A program made the translations under genes and the position numbers. Below, piece by piece: positions 35,956 to 49,225 of a DNA stretch of 64,000 bases; the stretch's first letter is position 1; each line of letters opens with the position of its first letter. Origin of the DNA: Carcharhinus amblyrhynchos (taxonomy: Eukaryota); the NCBI GenBank assembly GCA_965287045.1, contig OZ336882.1:45942001-46006000 (forward strand), written 5' to 3'. The notes below the pieces were generated by a model that saw only the letters and a program-made list of their open reading frames with translations, searched no databases and had not been told where the DNA came from.

Positions 35956-36234
35956 CTTTGAAATTTGCTTAATTGCAAAAGCACTGTATAATGAGACTTT
36001 AATATGAAACACTTACCCAGGGGTGAGTGAAATAAAAGGCCTTCTCAGATCTGGCAGGCCAGTTTTATGAATGGTAAATATGCTCCTGCTTAATTTTATT
36101 AAGATCTCTTATTTGTCAAAGTACATTGTCAAATCACATCTCTAATGAAGGGAAACACATGCTAACCAATTCTTCAAAACATAGTTTAAGCACTGCAAAC
36201 ATTGTTTTAGTATTAAAGATAAACTTGAGATGGT

Positions 36235-37267
36235 GGCTGGATTTTACTGGGTTACTATCCATGCCCTCTGCTGAAAGGTTGAGTAGGAGTTTACCCACCA
36301 TCCCAATGGCTGCCCCACAGTAATTTCATGCTGGGAGCTGCATTAATTGCTTTAAGGTGAGACTTCTATCCCGATCTTAGTTGGAAGACCTGTCTGAGAG
36401 AGCTGCCAGCTAATCAGGTGGCCAGCAGTTCTGTAGTCCCAGTAGCACCAACCAGGTGCAGTGAGCACTACTGGGACTGCGGGCAGCTCTACCACAAGGG
36501 CGGCACAGTAGCACAGTGGTTAGCACTGCTGCTTCACATCTCCAGGGTCCTGGCTTCGGTTCCTGGCTTGGGTCACTGTCTGTGTGGAGTTTGCACATCC
36601 TCCTTGTGTCTGTGTGGGTTTCCTCTGGGTTCTCTGGTTTCCTCCCACAGCCCAAAGATGTGTGGGTTAGGTTGATTGGCCATGCTAAGAAATTGCCCCT
36701 TAGTGTCCAGGGATGCATAGGTTAGAGGGATTAGTGGGTATAATATATAGGGATATGGGGGTAGGGCCTGGGTGGGATTGTGTTTGGTGCAGACTCAATG
36801 GGCCAAAGGGCCTCTTTCTGCACTGTAAGGTTCTATGATTCTATGACAAGAAGGAGCCAGTGAAGTCCAATTTTGTGTTTTCCAGCAAAGGGGCTGGAGA
36901 GCCAAGTTGAAGAGGCCAGAAGGAGGGTTAAAATGGGAACAACCCCACAAGGAGAGGATTCCTTCTAATGGGCCTTGGAAACCCACAAAGGAGGCTTCCC
37001 TTTTTTGGCCAACACCAGCCTGCATTGATAAACTGCCAGGTGTCCCATATAGTTAGTGCAGCCTTGTCACTATGGGTAAAATACCTCCGAGGGTGTAATG
37101 AAGCTCTTAAGTGGCTATTAACTGGAAGCAAACACTGACACCTACCTTCCTGAAAAACTTCAGACATGTGGTGAGTGGGCGGAGGGGCAACAGGAATGCC
37201 ACCTGCTGGATTTTGCATCCCACCCCAGCCTTCAAACCCGCCGGCAGGGGAGTGTAAAATCTAGCCC
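36235..37267. mobile_element. Non-autonomous DNA transposon with 13-bp TIRs (probably Harbinger-derived)
   Basis: ggctggattttac (36235-36247) and gtaaaatctagcc (37254-37266) are 12/13 inverted-identical. Confidence 0.7.
36499..36845 (+). mobile_element. Full-length HE1-type SINE nested in a DNA transposon
   Basis: Complete head, body and tail (ttctatgattctatg); candidate TSD ACAAG at 36494-36498 and 36846-36850. Confidence 0.93.
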
Positions 37268-37961
37268 GTTGTTTCTTAATCCAGTAAACCACAAGCATGA
37301 AAGTTAACTTACAGAAATAAATCTAAATATGTAATTATATTACCAAGAGATTAGTATCTGTCATTAAGAAAAAGCAATTCTGGCTTCGCGGTTTCTGTCT
37401 GCTATGTGCACTACATGCAGTTGTGTATATGTCTTCCGTCTATTCCGATCACACATGCAACAAATGACAAGATTAGGAAGAGTAAAGTTTTGTCTTGGTT
37501 AGGTATGTTGGCCACCTAGTCAACATGCTATTTTACCCTCTACCTGATTTCAACAGAAAATAAAATAGGGCCAAGTGTAAAACAAGAAGTCAAATTGCTC
37601 TCATCCCTTGTGTGCTCTTGCCCAGTATGAATTTATTCCCCGCCAGTGTTTTGGTCTGTGCAGCTGTGAACCTTAATGCATGGTGTGCCGTCACATTTTT
37701 CCTCCTGATCCAATCAAATCAGGCCAATGATTTCTGTCAGCTGTGTCTATATCTGGAAAACTCTGAAGGCAAACAGGACAAATTCTTTAATTTACTCTTT
37801 CATGACCATTATTTTGTTTGATTTTTTTCTTTCTTTCATTGAAGATTAGTTCATTGCGTTGAGGTTTTTGTTGCTCTTTCTTTTACAACTTTCAGACAAT
37901 GATGGTGGACTGATCAGGCAGTGAAAAGGAATAAGCTTCCCTAATTCTTTTTTTGGGCTTG

Positions 37962-38215
37962 AAGTTTATTTATCAGTCACAAGTAAGGCTTACATTAACA
38001 CTGCAAGAAAGTTATTGTGAAATTCCCCTAGTCACTACAGCCCGGCACCCCTTCAGGTCAATGCATCTAACTAGCACATCTTTCACAACGTGGGAGGAAA
38101 CCCACGTACTCATGGGGAGAACGTGCAAACTCCACATAGACAGTGATCCAAGGCGAGAATCAAACTTCGGTCCCTGGCACTGTGAGGCAGCAGTGCTAAC
38201 CACTGTGGTGCCGTG
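37962..38215 (-). mobile_element. SINE with HE1-like head and alternative tail
   Basis: Head region tgcaaactccacatagacagtgatccaagg...tgtgaggcagcagtgctaaccactgtg is HE1-like; tail aagtttatttatcagtcacaagtaaggcttacattaacactgcaa is not. Confidence 0.85.
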
Positions 38216-38394
38216 GTAGCTTGCATTTCTCCCATGGTCTTTTGGGAATTTTGTATCTGCCAAAACCATCATGTCAATTCAGGAGCATTGTCTTCCAGAG
38301 GGATTCGCACTTTTGAATGTAGAACTCGTCCCAATTAAATTCAATCAGTGCTTCAACTGTTTAGATGTTAGAGTATCTTAAAATTATATTCAAA

Positions 38395-38950
38395 ATGGCA
38401 AATAGAATGTTTTATTTCTAAGCAAGTGGAATCCAAAAGCAAGGAAGCGATGCTTCATTTGCACATACCCTCGCTCAGATTCCATCCATATTCTGTGTAT
38501 TTAGTACTGCATTCCAGGAGAACCACAAGAGATATATTGGCTGTGTTCACAGCTAAAAGGCAGCTTCACCAGAATGATATCTGGCCTTTAAAGAATTAAA
38601 TCATAAACACAGGTTGTTTGTGTCCCCTTGAAAGATCTAATTGAAGTGGTTTAAAATGATGGTAAAGGGGCTTGATTCTGAAACTATAGAGAAACCTTGA
38701 ACCAGAATTCAAAAGAATGGAGCTTAATCTTAAAATTCAAGCTAACCTATTGAGAAATAAAATCAGGAAGTAGTTTTTATCTTAACAAAAAGGATGGTGG
38801 AACTCACCCAAAATTACTGGGAATGCGAAGTCAATTAAAACCGTCAAGGCTAGGAGTGATTGTTTTGTAAGGTAAGGATATAAAGGGATAATGAAGAAAA
38901 GCAGGATTTGTGGTATAGATTAACCATGAAGTAACTGAGTGGCAGAAGAG
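38395..38950 (+). mobile_element. Decayed CR1 3' fragment
   Basis: aaaagcaaggaagcgatgctt...ttcaccagaatgat...gatctaattgaagtgg...gagaaataaaatcaggaagtagtttt...ggtaaggatataaaggga. Confidence 0.7.
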
Positions 38951-40662
38951 TTGACTGTAATTGTGTCACATTTTTCATGCTCTTGGACCAACTTAGTTAG
39001 CAATTGGAGGGAGCCATAAATTTGACAACTTTGCTGTGTAATGCAGCCAAACCTGGTAGGTTTAGAGGGAGGACAGGCAGAAGTGATCCAGGAGATGATC
39101 CATGTGATATTAAACATTAGGGGTTGGGGGAGGAATTGATTTTTCTGAGGCCAAGAGGAGTTCCACCCATTTCAAAATTTCATTGGCATCATATTGATAT
39201 CACAAGAGCTATCATCAGTCAGTGCCTAGGCCACCAATTTTGAGGCTTCAACCAAAATGGCAGTGACTTAGATATTACCAGGACTGGCATGATGTGTTGC
39301 ATTGCTATTGTCTTATTCCCACCAGCGAAAAAGTTGAACATCATCCCTCCTATGTGTGATGACCCCCATGGTCTACATGGCGAATCACTAATTGACCTTG
39401 CAGTTGGCATCATTGAATACGAGCTGCATGGGGATTGGTAAATAGCCAACCAGGTGGAGCTCGTATACTGAGCCCTGTTTCAAGCAAGACCCTGAGAGAC
39501 CTCTTTAATCTTTTAGTCCCAGTTGTGATCTTTTGTGTTCACCATAGGCTTGTGGTTGTTGTTTATTTTCATTTTGTGCGATAAAACCATGGAATTTTAA
39601 AAATGATGATACTATGTCAGATAAATTTGTAGAATCTAAGGAGCAATATATCAAGAGTAGGATTTATCTATATATGGTATTTTAAAACAGAATTTGTTAT
39701 CTGATGTAAGTTAAATATTTTGATCGAAAACATGGAGTCAGAATTAAGTATGGGTGGGATTCGGGTAAGTGGGGGAACTAAGAAATTTCAATCAGTTATT
39801 GTTGATTTTACGACTCCTGTCATTCAGCCAGTCATTGCCCAAAGATGAAAAACAACATCTGGTTAGGGGCAGGTGCAGATTATCTGACAAGAGAGGCTAT
39901 TGGTGGGGACTGGGGAATGGTTCTGGTACTCGTTAGGTCACAGTTCTGAATTTTCATATTGATGAAGAGGCTCTCTGTCTTTGCGAAAATTGTGGCAGAA
40001 GCCTGGATCCAAAATTCCAGCTTTCCGAACATGGCCTCTGCCATTTTCACAAAGATGGCGAGTAAAGCGGGTTCTAATTTACACACCTCTGCTTTAGATA
40101 GGCAATTGGACACACAGCTGCCTCAGTCAGATCTGACTTTAGCTAATGGTACCCATCTAATGTAGGCACTTTAGACCAGGAGAAATTCTAAAACTGACAA
40201 AGTTCTTTGCAGAAGTCAAGTGGTCATCCTTTTGAAGAGGTAGGGTACCCTCATACACGTGGTCCTGGGAGACTTTTGGATGAGGTAGAGTGCCCTTTGG
40301 GACTGATAAGGTGCTCATTGGGAAAGGTGCCCTTTGCAATTGTTTAAGTAAACATGAATGTACGTGAAGAGTACATAAACTCATTGGAACTGTCAAGGTA
40401 AAACAGCAAGATAACTGCCAAAATGACAATCAAGCTGCCAAGGAATTAAAATCTCCCACTCTTTAAAGAAAGCAGTCTGCATTGTTTAAAAAAAATCAAT
40501 GCTTGCTATTTCACTGCGTTAACATAAGCATGAGGTCTAGCATTACAGGATTAATGCTGTATGACTACATTTACAATCTTTTATCATCACAAAGTGGTGC
40601 CCGTGGGTTCACAGTTTGATTGGTAGCTCCAAGTAGTTATAAACTCTTTGAGGTGAGACCAT

Positions 40663-40794
40663 GGCCAGAATTCTCCGACCGTTCATGCTCCACTGCTGCC
40701 TCCAGAGAGGAAGGAGAATTTGGCACTCAACCAATCTCCATTCATTGCAGCAGGAGAGAATCCCATTGGCATGAACAAGCAGAGAATCCCACCC
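40663..40794. mobile_element. MITE-like element
   Basis: Termini ggccagaattctc and gagaatcccaccc; interior resembles 32257-32385 (aatttg...caaccaatctcc). Confidence 0.55.
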
Positions 40795-43049
40795 CACAAA
40801 TGCAAATAATTGTTTCATAAGGGACTAAAGGAATTTAAATGTAATGAATGTTTTTACAATGATAGTGTTTTTTGTCTGCAATAGCGAATTCATCAATAGG
40901 CACTTAAAAAATTTACTTAATCTCAGCATGGGTGCTGAAGTCTGCCCAAATTGGACACTGACTGATTCGGCATGGCATGAGGGTAGAGAGGCATGATGGA
41001 TATGAAATTTATGGGGTGGTTGGGGATATGTAATGACATGGGTTGACATGGATTTGGCATGGGATGTCAAGCATGAGGGCTGGAGGGCTATATTTTGTTT
41101 TATTGTTTATCTTCAAGGCATCAACAACATACCAATGCATGGAGGTCGCTGTTCATACAGTCCACATCTGTACCAGACAGCCTCTGACCTCTTTCCAGGA
41201 TCACCCTCCATGACTTCCATCATCAGTAAATCATCCACCCTAGACTGAAAATATACTATATGACCTGCCGGACCTTCATCATCGCTCATGTTGGCAAAGC
41301 CGAGAATTTACTTCTTGTTGAATTAGTATGATGCTGTTGATCCAAACAAAATGAACTCCAAAAGGTTGAAAAGACAGCTTTTTTAACAAAGCCATCAATT
41401 CTTAATACCCTCAACAAGGCCTCACAATAATGTATATTGAACACTTCTTTTGCTAAAAAGGTTAATACAATCTATAAAATGCAATAGAACATTGTGCATC
41501 TGACTCATGTGAGGACTTGTTCCAGTCACTCCATGTGATTTGCCTTTTTGAAATTCATGCCTGTTCTCCAAAGCAGCGCACAATAGACAACAAATTAAAC
41601 CTGCACAAGTCAGTGCTTGAAAGCAAAACCATAAATAGTGCAGTTTATCTCAGACAAATACATTTCACACATTCCGATCAAAAAAGAAGCTTTTATGATA
41701 ACTTTCCTATTCATTTAGCCAAAGCTGAGAGGAGTTAGAAATCGTATTTTAATTTCAGTTTGAAGCTTGTTCTGCTGATGACCTTAGATTATTTTCAGTG
41801 TTTTCATTTGTGTCTTGTACACGGTGACCCAGATTTTGTGATGATGATGAGACTGTCAGTGTTCAGGATCATTGCTCCTCTCCAACTGACAGCAACTTCT
41901 GGACTCCACACATGTGCAGTTAAACATAGAAATCCAGAAGCTGCAGCTTGTGATGGTATCCATCTCAGAAGGGTTTGCTGTTCAGCCCACCCATCAGCCA
42001 CAACCATGCCTCACCTGACTGAAATCATGGAAATCAATTGAATTAACATGCACTTTCACTCTTATGTTAGTCTCACTTTAAAACAATTTTAAAAACATTT
42101 CACCTTATTGAATGAGGTATAAACTATGTTTTTAACATTGTACTAAGTGAAGATTATTTATGAACAGCCTCACTGACCCTGAATGACTAATTTCATATTT
42201 GTGGTTGATTATATTTCCCCATTCTGAGAAAACAAAATTGTATTTTTTTTTAATCTTGTTTATGATATTTCAATTTCTAATATTGTGGCTGGAATTTTAC
42301 TGCCTTGCCCGCCTGGTCAAAAGTTAATCACCCTACAGTGTCTTCTCTAGTTGCTACAGTATCCATATAGACTTTGAAACATACCATTTAAGCCCAATCA
42401 TTGGTAATATTTTGGGCGATTTCCTCTATTTGCAATTTTGCAACAGAAAATGATACATTTTGAGGTATTGGTCCTTCAGTTAAAACAAAAAGAGTCTCTT
42501 GATTTTCCACTAGATAAAGGAACTAACCTGCATAAGCATTGGAAGTCATGGCTACAGTTTTTGCTATGAGTTTAGTCTTCTGCACATGTTAAAGGCTTCT
42601 GATTCTGGTTGACAACCAGTAATTTATTCTGATAAGTCTATTTGCATGTATGTTGAATGAGAATAGGATTGATCAAGACTGTGATGTCCATCATGGCCCT
42701 CACCATCTGAGTTTGTAGACGTGAAATGGCCATTAGGGCACAAGAATCAAGCTCCAAATCAGGCTGAAATGATGGAATTCCAATATAACCTGGAGTGCAA
42801 TTTGTGTGGGTCAGAGTCCGAGTTAGAGAGTAACTGTTCTGATAGTGTTTATCGTCTATCACCTTGTTTATGTATGTGCAAAATGTGTTTGTCTAGTACT
42901 CTTTTTGTAAACATCGAGTACTTTTCAACTCATGGTGGTACTTGACATTTTTTATATCCCTGTGACTGCAGCTCAGCATCCCTGTTTTTCGAGATTTTGC
43001 AGTTCATTTACTTGAACATTTTAGTGATGTCTTTGCTAAGAAAACGTTC

Positions 43050-43230
43050 TTAGGAACATAGGAACAGAAGAACAGGAGTAGGCCATTCAGTCCAACGAGC
43101 CTGCTCTGCCATCGCTGATCATCTGCCCCAATGCCACTTTCCTGGACTATCTTTATATCTCTTGATGTTATTAGTCTCCAGAAATCAATGGATTACTGCT
43201 GGGAACATGCTCAATGATTGAGCTTCCATA
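43050..43230 (-). mobile_element. CR1 3' end
   Basis: taggaacataggaacag...ggagtaggccattcagtccaacgagcctgctctgccat. Confidence 0.75.
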
Positions 43231-44177
43231 TATATACACATCTGAGAGTGTAACAAACATATTTAATTAGACAACCTAGATGGCTGGTAATAAAATGTGC
43301 GTATCAAAAAATAGAAACTAGACTTGATTACACAGTAGTAAATAAATCAAGATGTTGTTAACCACAGATGTTAAGTTCCCAGTGGTTTGTAATCATCTGC
43401 TGAAATGAATGTTAGACTACTAACTTAAAATCATTCCAGGGAGTTCACTCTGTTTTATGAGAACATATGCAAAACTTTTAAAGGCCAATCAACTCATCCA
43501 GTGTTCTGTCCTTCAGTACATTCTTTAAGCTTCTTGTGATCTCGGCATCAGCTTAAATCCTTTTTCTTATCATTAATGGCTGTCATGCTGGCAGCTGGTC
43601 GCTGCAGACATTAAAAATTCAGGTGCCATTACAGGGAGCCTATGAAGAAATAATTTCCAATTAATTACTAGAAAATCCTATAGTGAGTAAATGTTTGCAT
43701 TGTATTATTAAAGGGGTTAGTATTATGAAAAATGTCATTGACAAGCAGATTATGCAAAGGCATAAGTGATGTCCAAACACACCATACATCATTTCCAAGT
43801 AATTAAATTCTGAAAATTATGCAGTCTGTTCCTAAGTAACCATCACTAAATAAAAGGAAATTGTTACTTTTTCTCCGATCAACAGTGCACTTTTAATACT
43901 CTAATCTAAATATTTTATTGAGTCCAAAGATCTAATTCTTCCAGTCCTATCCACTGCAGGAACCATCACAGGCGTGATGGTAAATATGATGTATAACCCA
44001 ATCATCCATTGACCTCGGGTGTTAATTTCCAATCACGGGGCCAACAGGACCAGAAAATCCCATCCACAGCCTTTTATGTTCACACATGGTCACCTTTCAT
44101 AATGCAGTTAGACACTTCATTGCCACAACCATCACCGTCCTGGTTCCAGGTCTGGGGAAACATTCCTCTTCAGGACA

Positions 44178-44790
44178 ATTTGATTTGATTCAATTTGATT
44201 TGTTATTGTCATATGTATTAGCATACAGTGAAAAGTATTGTTTCTTGCTCACTGTGCGGACAAAGCATACTGTTCATAGAGAAGGAAAGGAGAGAGTGCA
44301 GAATGTAGTATTACAGTCATAGCTAGGGTGTAGAGAAAGATCAACTTAATGTGAGGTAGGTTCATTCATAAGTCTGATGGCAGCAGGGAAGAAGCTGGTT
44401 GACTCGTGTCCTCAAATGTTTGTATCTTTTTCCTGACGGAAGAAGGTGGAAGAGAGTATGTCCAGGTGCGTGAGATCCCACATAATTTAACTACTTGGAA
44501 GTGATGTGTGGCGTGTTTCGTCATCAGCTATGTCGTTGCATAATCTGCTTGTCAATGGCTTTTTTCATACATACTTTGCCGAGGCAATGAGAAGTGTAGA
44601 CAGAATCAATGGATGGGAGGCTGGTTTGAATGGTGTTTTGGGCTACATTCATGACACTTTGAAATTTCTTGCAGTCTCAGGCAGAACAGGAGCCATATCA
44701 AGCTGTGATACAACCAGAAAGAATGCATTCTATGGTGCACTGTAAAAGTTGGTGAGACTTGTAGCTAACGTGCCAAATTTCCTTCGTCAT
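44178..44790 (-). mobile_element. Rex1/Babar-like LINE 3' fragment
   Basis: Tail tttgatttgattcaatttgatttgttattgtcatatgtattagcatacagtgaaaagtattg is the reverse complement of the tail at 57172-57230; 44690-44790 mirrors 56450-56560. Confidence 0.8.
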
Positions 44791-47700
44791 TTGAGTCTTA
44801 ATCTTCTGAATCTAGCCCATAATTTAGTTAGCTTTATTGCCTTTCTATCTCGTATATAAAATTTCAGAAGAGTGGATAAGATGTGACCTGTAAATTAAAG
44901 AACATGATTTTGGTGCCAATTTCTCTTCAACAGCACCTCAAAACAGCCAAGTGTGATGCTTGGTGGTTCCTGATCATGGGCAGCCTAGAAATAAAAATAA
45001 GCAGATTTCTTGTTAACCCTTCATAGTTGGCAATGCCTTTTTAAAAAATGTATTGAATAGGAGACTAATTGTACAATGTTCATATATTTCCTGCTTTTCC
45101 TCATGATTATCTTCTTTGTCAGTATTCTGTTCATTGCATCCCTTCCTATAAGATATGTTGTACAAGTGATTTTTTTTTATTAATGAACCATCATGAGCTG
45201 AACTTAAAAGGGGAGCCAGTGGAGCCAAATTTACCTTATCCATTTGCAAAAAAAGGCATAGCCTCTGCTCCCATTGGGGCATTCAATTGTATTTTAAATG
45301 ATTCTTGGGTTGTTGCTCCTGCTGTTCTATCTGGGAATCCACTCCATCTGTTAATTACATTCCATGAGGCTGAACTGACTGACATCAATACTAAATTTGT
45401 CGTATTAATGATGTCCCCTGGAGATATCATAATTAAGTGCAGGCTGGGTCGACCCCACTCATGTCAGTTAAGCCCTTATTCTGGCTTCCTGAAGCATCCA
45501 TAAGAGCAATTTAGACCAGAAGCCTTTTTAATTCAGCATAAAGCATTAACATAAGCAGTATCAAAATGTTTTCAACAAACTTCCTGTGGCACTGCAATTG
45601 TAAACATGTGCTTGGAATGAAAAGGAACCATTCGGACTGTCAAGTACATTCCTTCCATGGAACAGCCAAAGCTTAATAGCTTGGTGAAAGATTGTAAAAA
45701 AAAATTGTAAAAATATCCCTGCCTCCAAAATGATATCGAGTGTAGCTATAGAATATCGGTGTAACTTTACAGCTTACATTAGTCATTCTTTCCATGACAT
45801 GGTAGTTTTGCAAGATCAGGAGCCTTATTTTCAATAAAACATTGTCACTTTTTTATCCATCCTTGCCCTTAGCCATTTTATTAATGTTTTTGGCGTGAAC
45901 TGTTTACATTGGAGTTTGTTGTACCTTTTCTCTACTCTCCTGTCATAGAGTTCTCCTTCTTCAAGTCCTGCTGTTCTATGATTCCTCTTGTCTTTGCTCC
46001 AGATAGGTATCATAACATTGTTGACCTTCACCTTCCAACCTGAGTAAAACAACTTCCAGGAGGTGGTGACATAATAATGTTCATTTAAACCTACCACACC
46101 GTAAGTTCATAAAGCCCTTACACCTCACTGAGTTTTATGTAACGGGAGAGGCCTATTGTGACATGTAACAGAGTGAGAAAGGGACAACATGTGAAAGATC
46201 GACCCTGTGGCCTTTCCACCAATCAGGTTGACTCAGAAACCCTATAAAAATGGCTGCCATGTCCTGATTCTGAGACTCCCTTCACCATTCCCCGCTGTGC
46301 AATTTTTAGGAGTGGCTTTAAAAGATGTGCCCTGCTTTCCGCCATATCCATCACTCCCGACCTGGCCAGTTCCGTTGCAGAGACAGGCATTTCCCACTTA
46401 CCTGCAACTTTCATGGAGTTTTCAAAGATCCAAGTTTTAAAAAGTTCAGCCCTTTAGAGGAGTCGAGAATCTAGTGTGCATGAGGACATCTTTTAAAAAG
46501 CAGTTTCAAAAGGCCTCCAATGCCAAGTTACATGCTCCACCCAACTCCTCAAGCAGTTCAAGCCTCCTAAGCTAAGTCCTGCCCTTCCACCCATTCCCTT
46601 AGGCCCCTCATGCCCCGTATGTCCATTGACTCAGTGCACACTTTCTAGGCCCAATGCACACCACAGTGTAAAATGGGATATGGAAAATAAAGCTTTGAAA
46701 TAAAGTGATCCTTTAACCACTTGCCCCAATGCTTATAAAAAAAAGGACAAGCTAATAAAAGTATCAATCACCTGAAAAATTCTTCCACTGTTCCTCCAGA
46801 GTAATGAATATTACTTGATTCCACATTTAACTACTGCATTGCTTTGGAACAAAGCATTTCTCCACTACCCTAAGTTTGTTACTTTTGTATAACTCCTATA
46901 CTCATCTTTGCTTATGTCTGTGATGGAAACAGCTAAAGTTAACATTCACTTTTACATACTTGTATGGTATGAAATTCCATGGAACCATCGGTGCATGAGA
47001 GTGTGCTGAAATAGCAGAGATGAATACTTAATTCTGAGACCGGAAAGATGGGTGACATTCATTTTAATGATTTGATTAGTTAAGGAAGATTTTTCGGTCT
47101 CTGCAAGGTCGGCTCATGGACATATTTTGACCTGCTAACATAATTCAAACAAACCATAGTGTCTCGGTCATAATGAGAGACTTCTTTTGGCTACTGAGTT
47201 CGCAAAATCATCAATAAAGTGGGATAATTTCCTTTGATAGTTATGTCTAGCAAAATTGAAAATGTCCTTAAAAAGAAAATCTTTTTCCTTGCTAGAAATA
47301 AACAGAGGGAATCTGCACAAACTCATTTATAAAGCCACCGTAGGAACCAGAGGAATTCTTATCCCAATATGACCTGAATTTTTATTTTGCTTTTCATTAT
47401 GTCAGCAACTAAGTCAGATGTATCGCTGCATTGAAAAGTTTACTTATTTTATGTGATATGGAATAATGCCAACTATAAATATTACTTATTTTACTTGATC
47501 TATGTCCAATGCACTATTGTGTCGGTATGCAAAAATTCCATCAGTGTATACATTTGGAAATGCCTCCATACAAAACAAAATACACAGCCTTTTTTGACTG
47601 TGCAGCAGGAAAGCCTCATCTGATTCCTTTGAAGAAAAAGTCATGCACTTCATTTTGTGAAAAGTACCTAATCTTATTTTGTATTGCACTCATCTGTAGT

Positions 47701-48607
47701 GAGTTGAGTGTTATGGTAATCACCAGGCCTCACGTCCTTTCTAGCCCCGTGGGGAGATTATTGGAATTTATTTCATTCTCCTTAAAAGCAAGGATGAGTT
47801 CAAAAACCCATGTGGGAGAATGAAACGTGAATCGTGGAAGGCCCATCATCCATAACAAAATTTAGTGGCAGCCTGCCTACCCGAACTTTAAGAATCCCTG
47901 TGGAATGATATTCCTTATTGGTGTCAGGAACCTAGAGATGGGGTGGGGGGGGAAAGGTGAGTTCCACGCACCCCGTCCCCCCCACCCCACCCCCGTCTTC
48001 TGACTGATGGTTGTACACCAGCAGTGGCACAATGATGTCCTTAATTGGCTTCTGGGTGGTAGGAGAAGAGGAGAAAGGCCTCTGCAAACCTTTTCAGCCT
48101 GGAAGCAAGTAGGAAGACAGTGAGATCTTCATTCTGTGCCATCCAGCTAATCACATGACAGCCTCCCTTACCTCTGAAGATGGGGTGGGGGGGGGCATTA
48201 AATTTTAAATTTCACCCACAGTGGATAATCACAAGTACTCCATCAATCTGTGGCACACCACACTATTTTCTATAAGCAACCCTTGAAACAAACCTGCAGT
48301 ATATTAACAGGCTGTAAAATATAATTACGGGTCAAGACAACAGCATTAACGTTAAAAAGAAAGATTACAATTCTGAGACCAGTAATTTCCTTGGAGAACA
48401 TCCAGTGCACGCTGATCCATATTTCTATTATAACTTTATTACATATATAGATGTTGCATGCTTTTTATTCCAATTTCAGTTTTCTTTTCATTTATCCATA
48501 CTGAGGATGTTACAGATGTTGATGGCTATTTTGTCCCCTTTTGTGTGTAACGTGAGCAGATCCAAAATGGAACTGTACCATCTGATTCGGTCAGACTTTA
48601 TCTTAGG

Positions 48608-48654
48608 AATGCAATTGTTTCTCCAATGGGGAAAATGCAATTGTTTCTCCAATG
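48608..48654. repeat. 21-bp direct repeat, period 26
   Basis: aatgcaattgtttctccaatg at 48608-48628 and 48634-48654. Confidence 0.9.
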
Positions 48655-48721
48655 TTTCTTCGTTACAAAATAGGAAAACAATTACCTAAAACAAAAACAA
48701 AGGGGATAATTTTAACCCAGT

Positions 48722-48872
48722 GGGTAGGATTTTCTGGCCCTGCTCACCCCAAGTCCAGAAACCCCTCCTCTTGCTCCCACCAACTTCCCCCCCCCCAGGT
48801 CAACAAACCTTTGCATGGTCCACCCCCACTTGCTATGATTCCTGTGGCTGTCCGGATTTGAAAATTCCACCC
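48722..48872. mobile_element. MITE-like element
   Basis: TIRs gggtaggatttt and aaaattccaccc. Confidence 0.6.
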
Positions 48873-49051
48873 TATGTGTCCAATACAAACCGACAATTAA
48901 ACCACTCAAAATCCCCATCGACAAGAAGGAGGGAAACCCATTTAAGTCAACCCGTAAAAGCCACAAGGTTTTCCTTGAGGAGCCAAGAGGGACAGAAGTA
49001 TGCAGAGGCCACACAAGGAAAATGGGTCTCCCCTGTCCTGGAGCTTTTAAA

Positions 49052-49225
49052 AATTCTTTCTGGGGATCATTGGCTTGGACCAATATTTATTGCCTAATGG
49101 TCTTTGAACTGAGTAGACCAAATCAGAGGCGGTTAAGTGTCAACCACATTGTAATGGGCCTGGAGTCACATGTAGGCCAGACAAGAATTTCAGATTTTCT
49201 TCCCTAAAGGACATTAGTGAACAAG
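49052..49225 (-). mobile_element. SINE 3' part with CR1-like tail
   Basis: ccaatatttattgcctaat...gtcaaccacattgtaatgggcctggagtcacatgtaggccagac...ttccctaaaggacattagtgaac. Confidence 0.7.

Noticed and set aside
45990-46065. Good splice acceptor (cctcttgtctttgctccag) suggesting an exon
   Set aside because: All three frames hit stops before a convincing donor.
47939-47989. G-run/C-run inverted repeat
   Set aside because: Low-complexity homopolymer pairing inside a GC-rich repeat-like segment.
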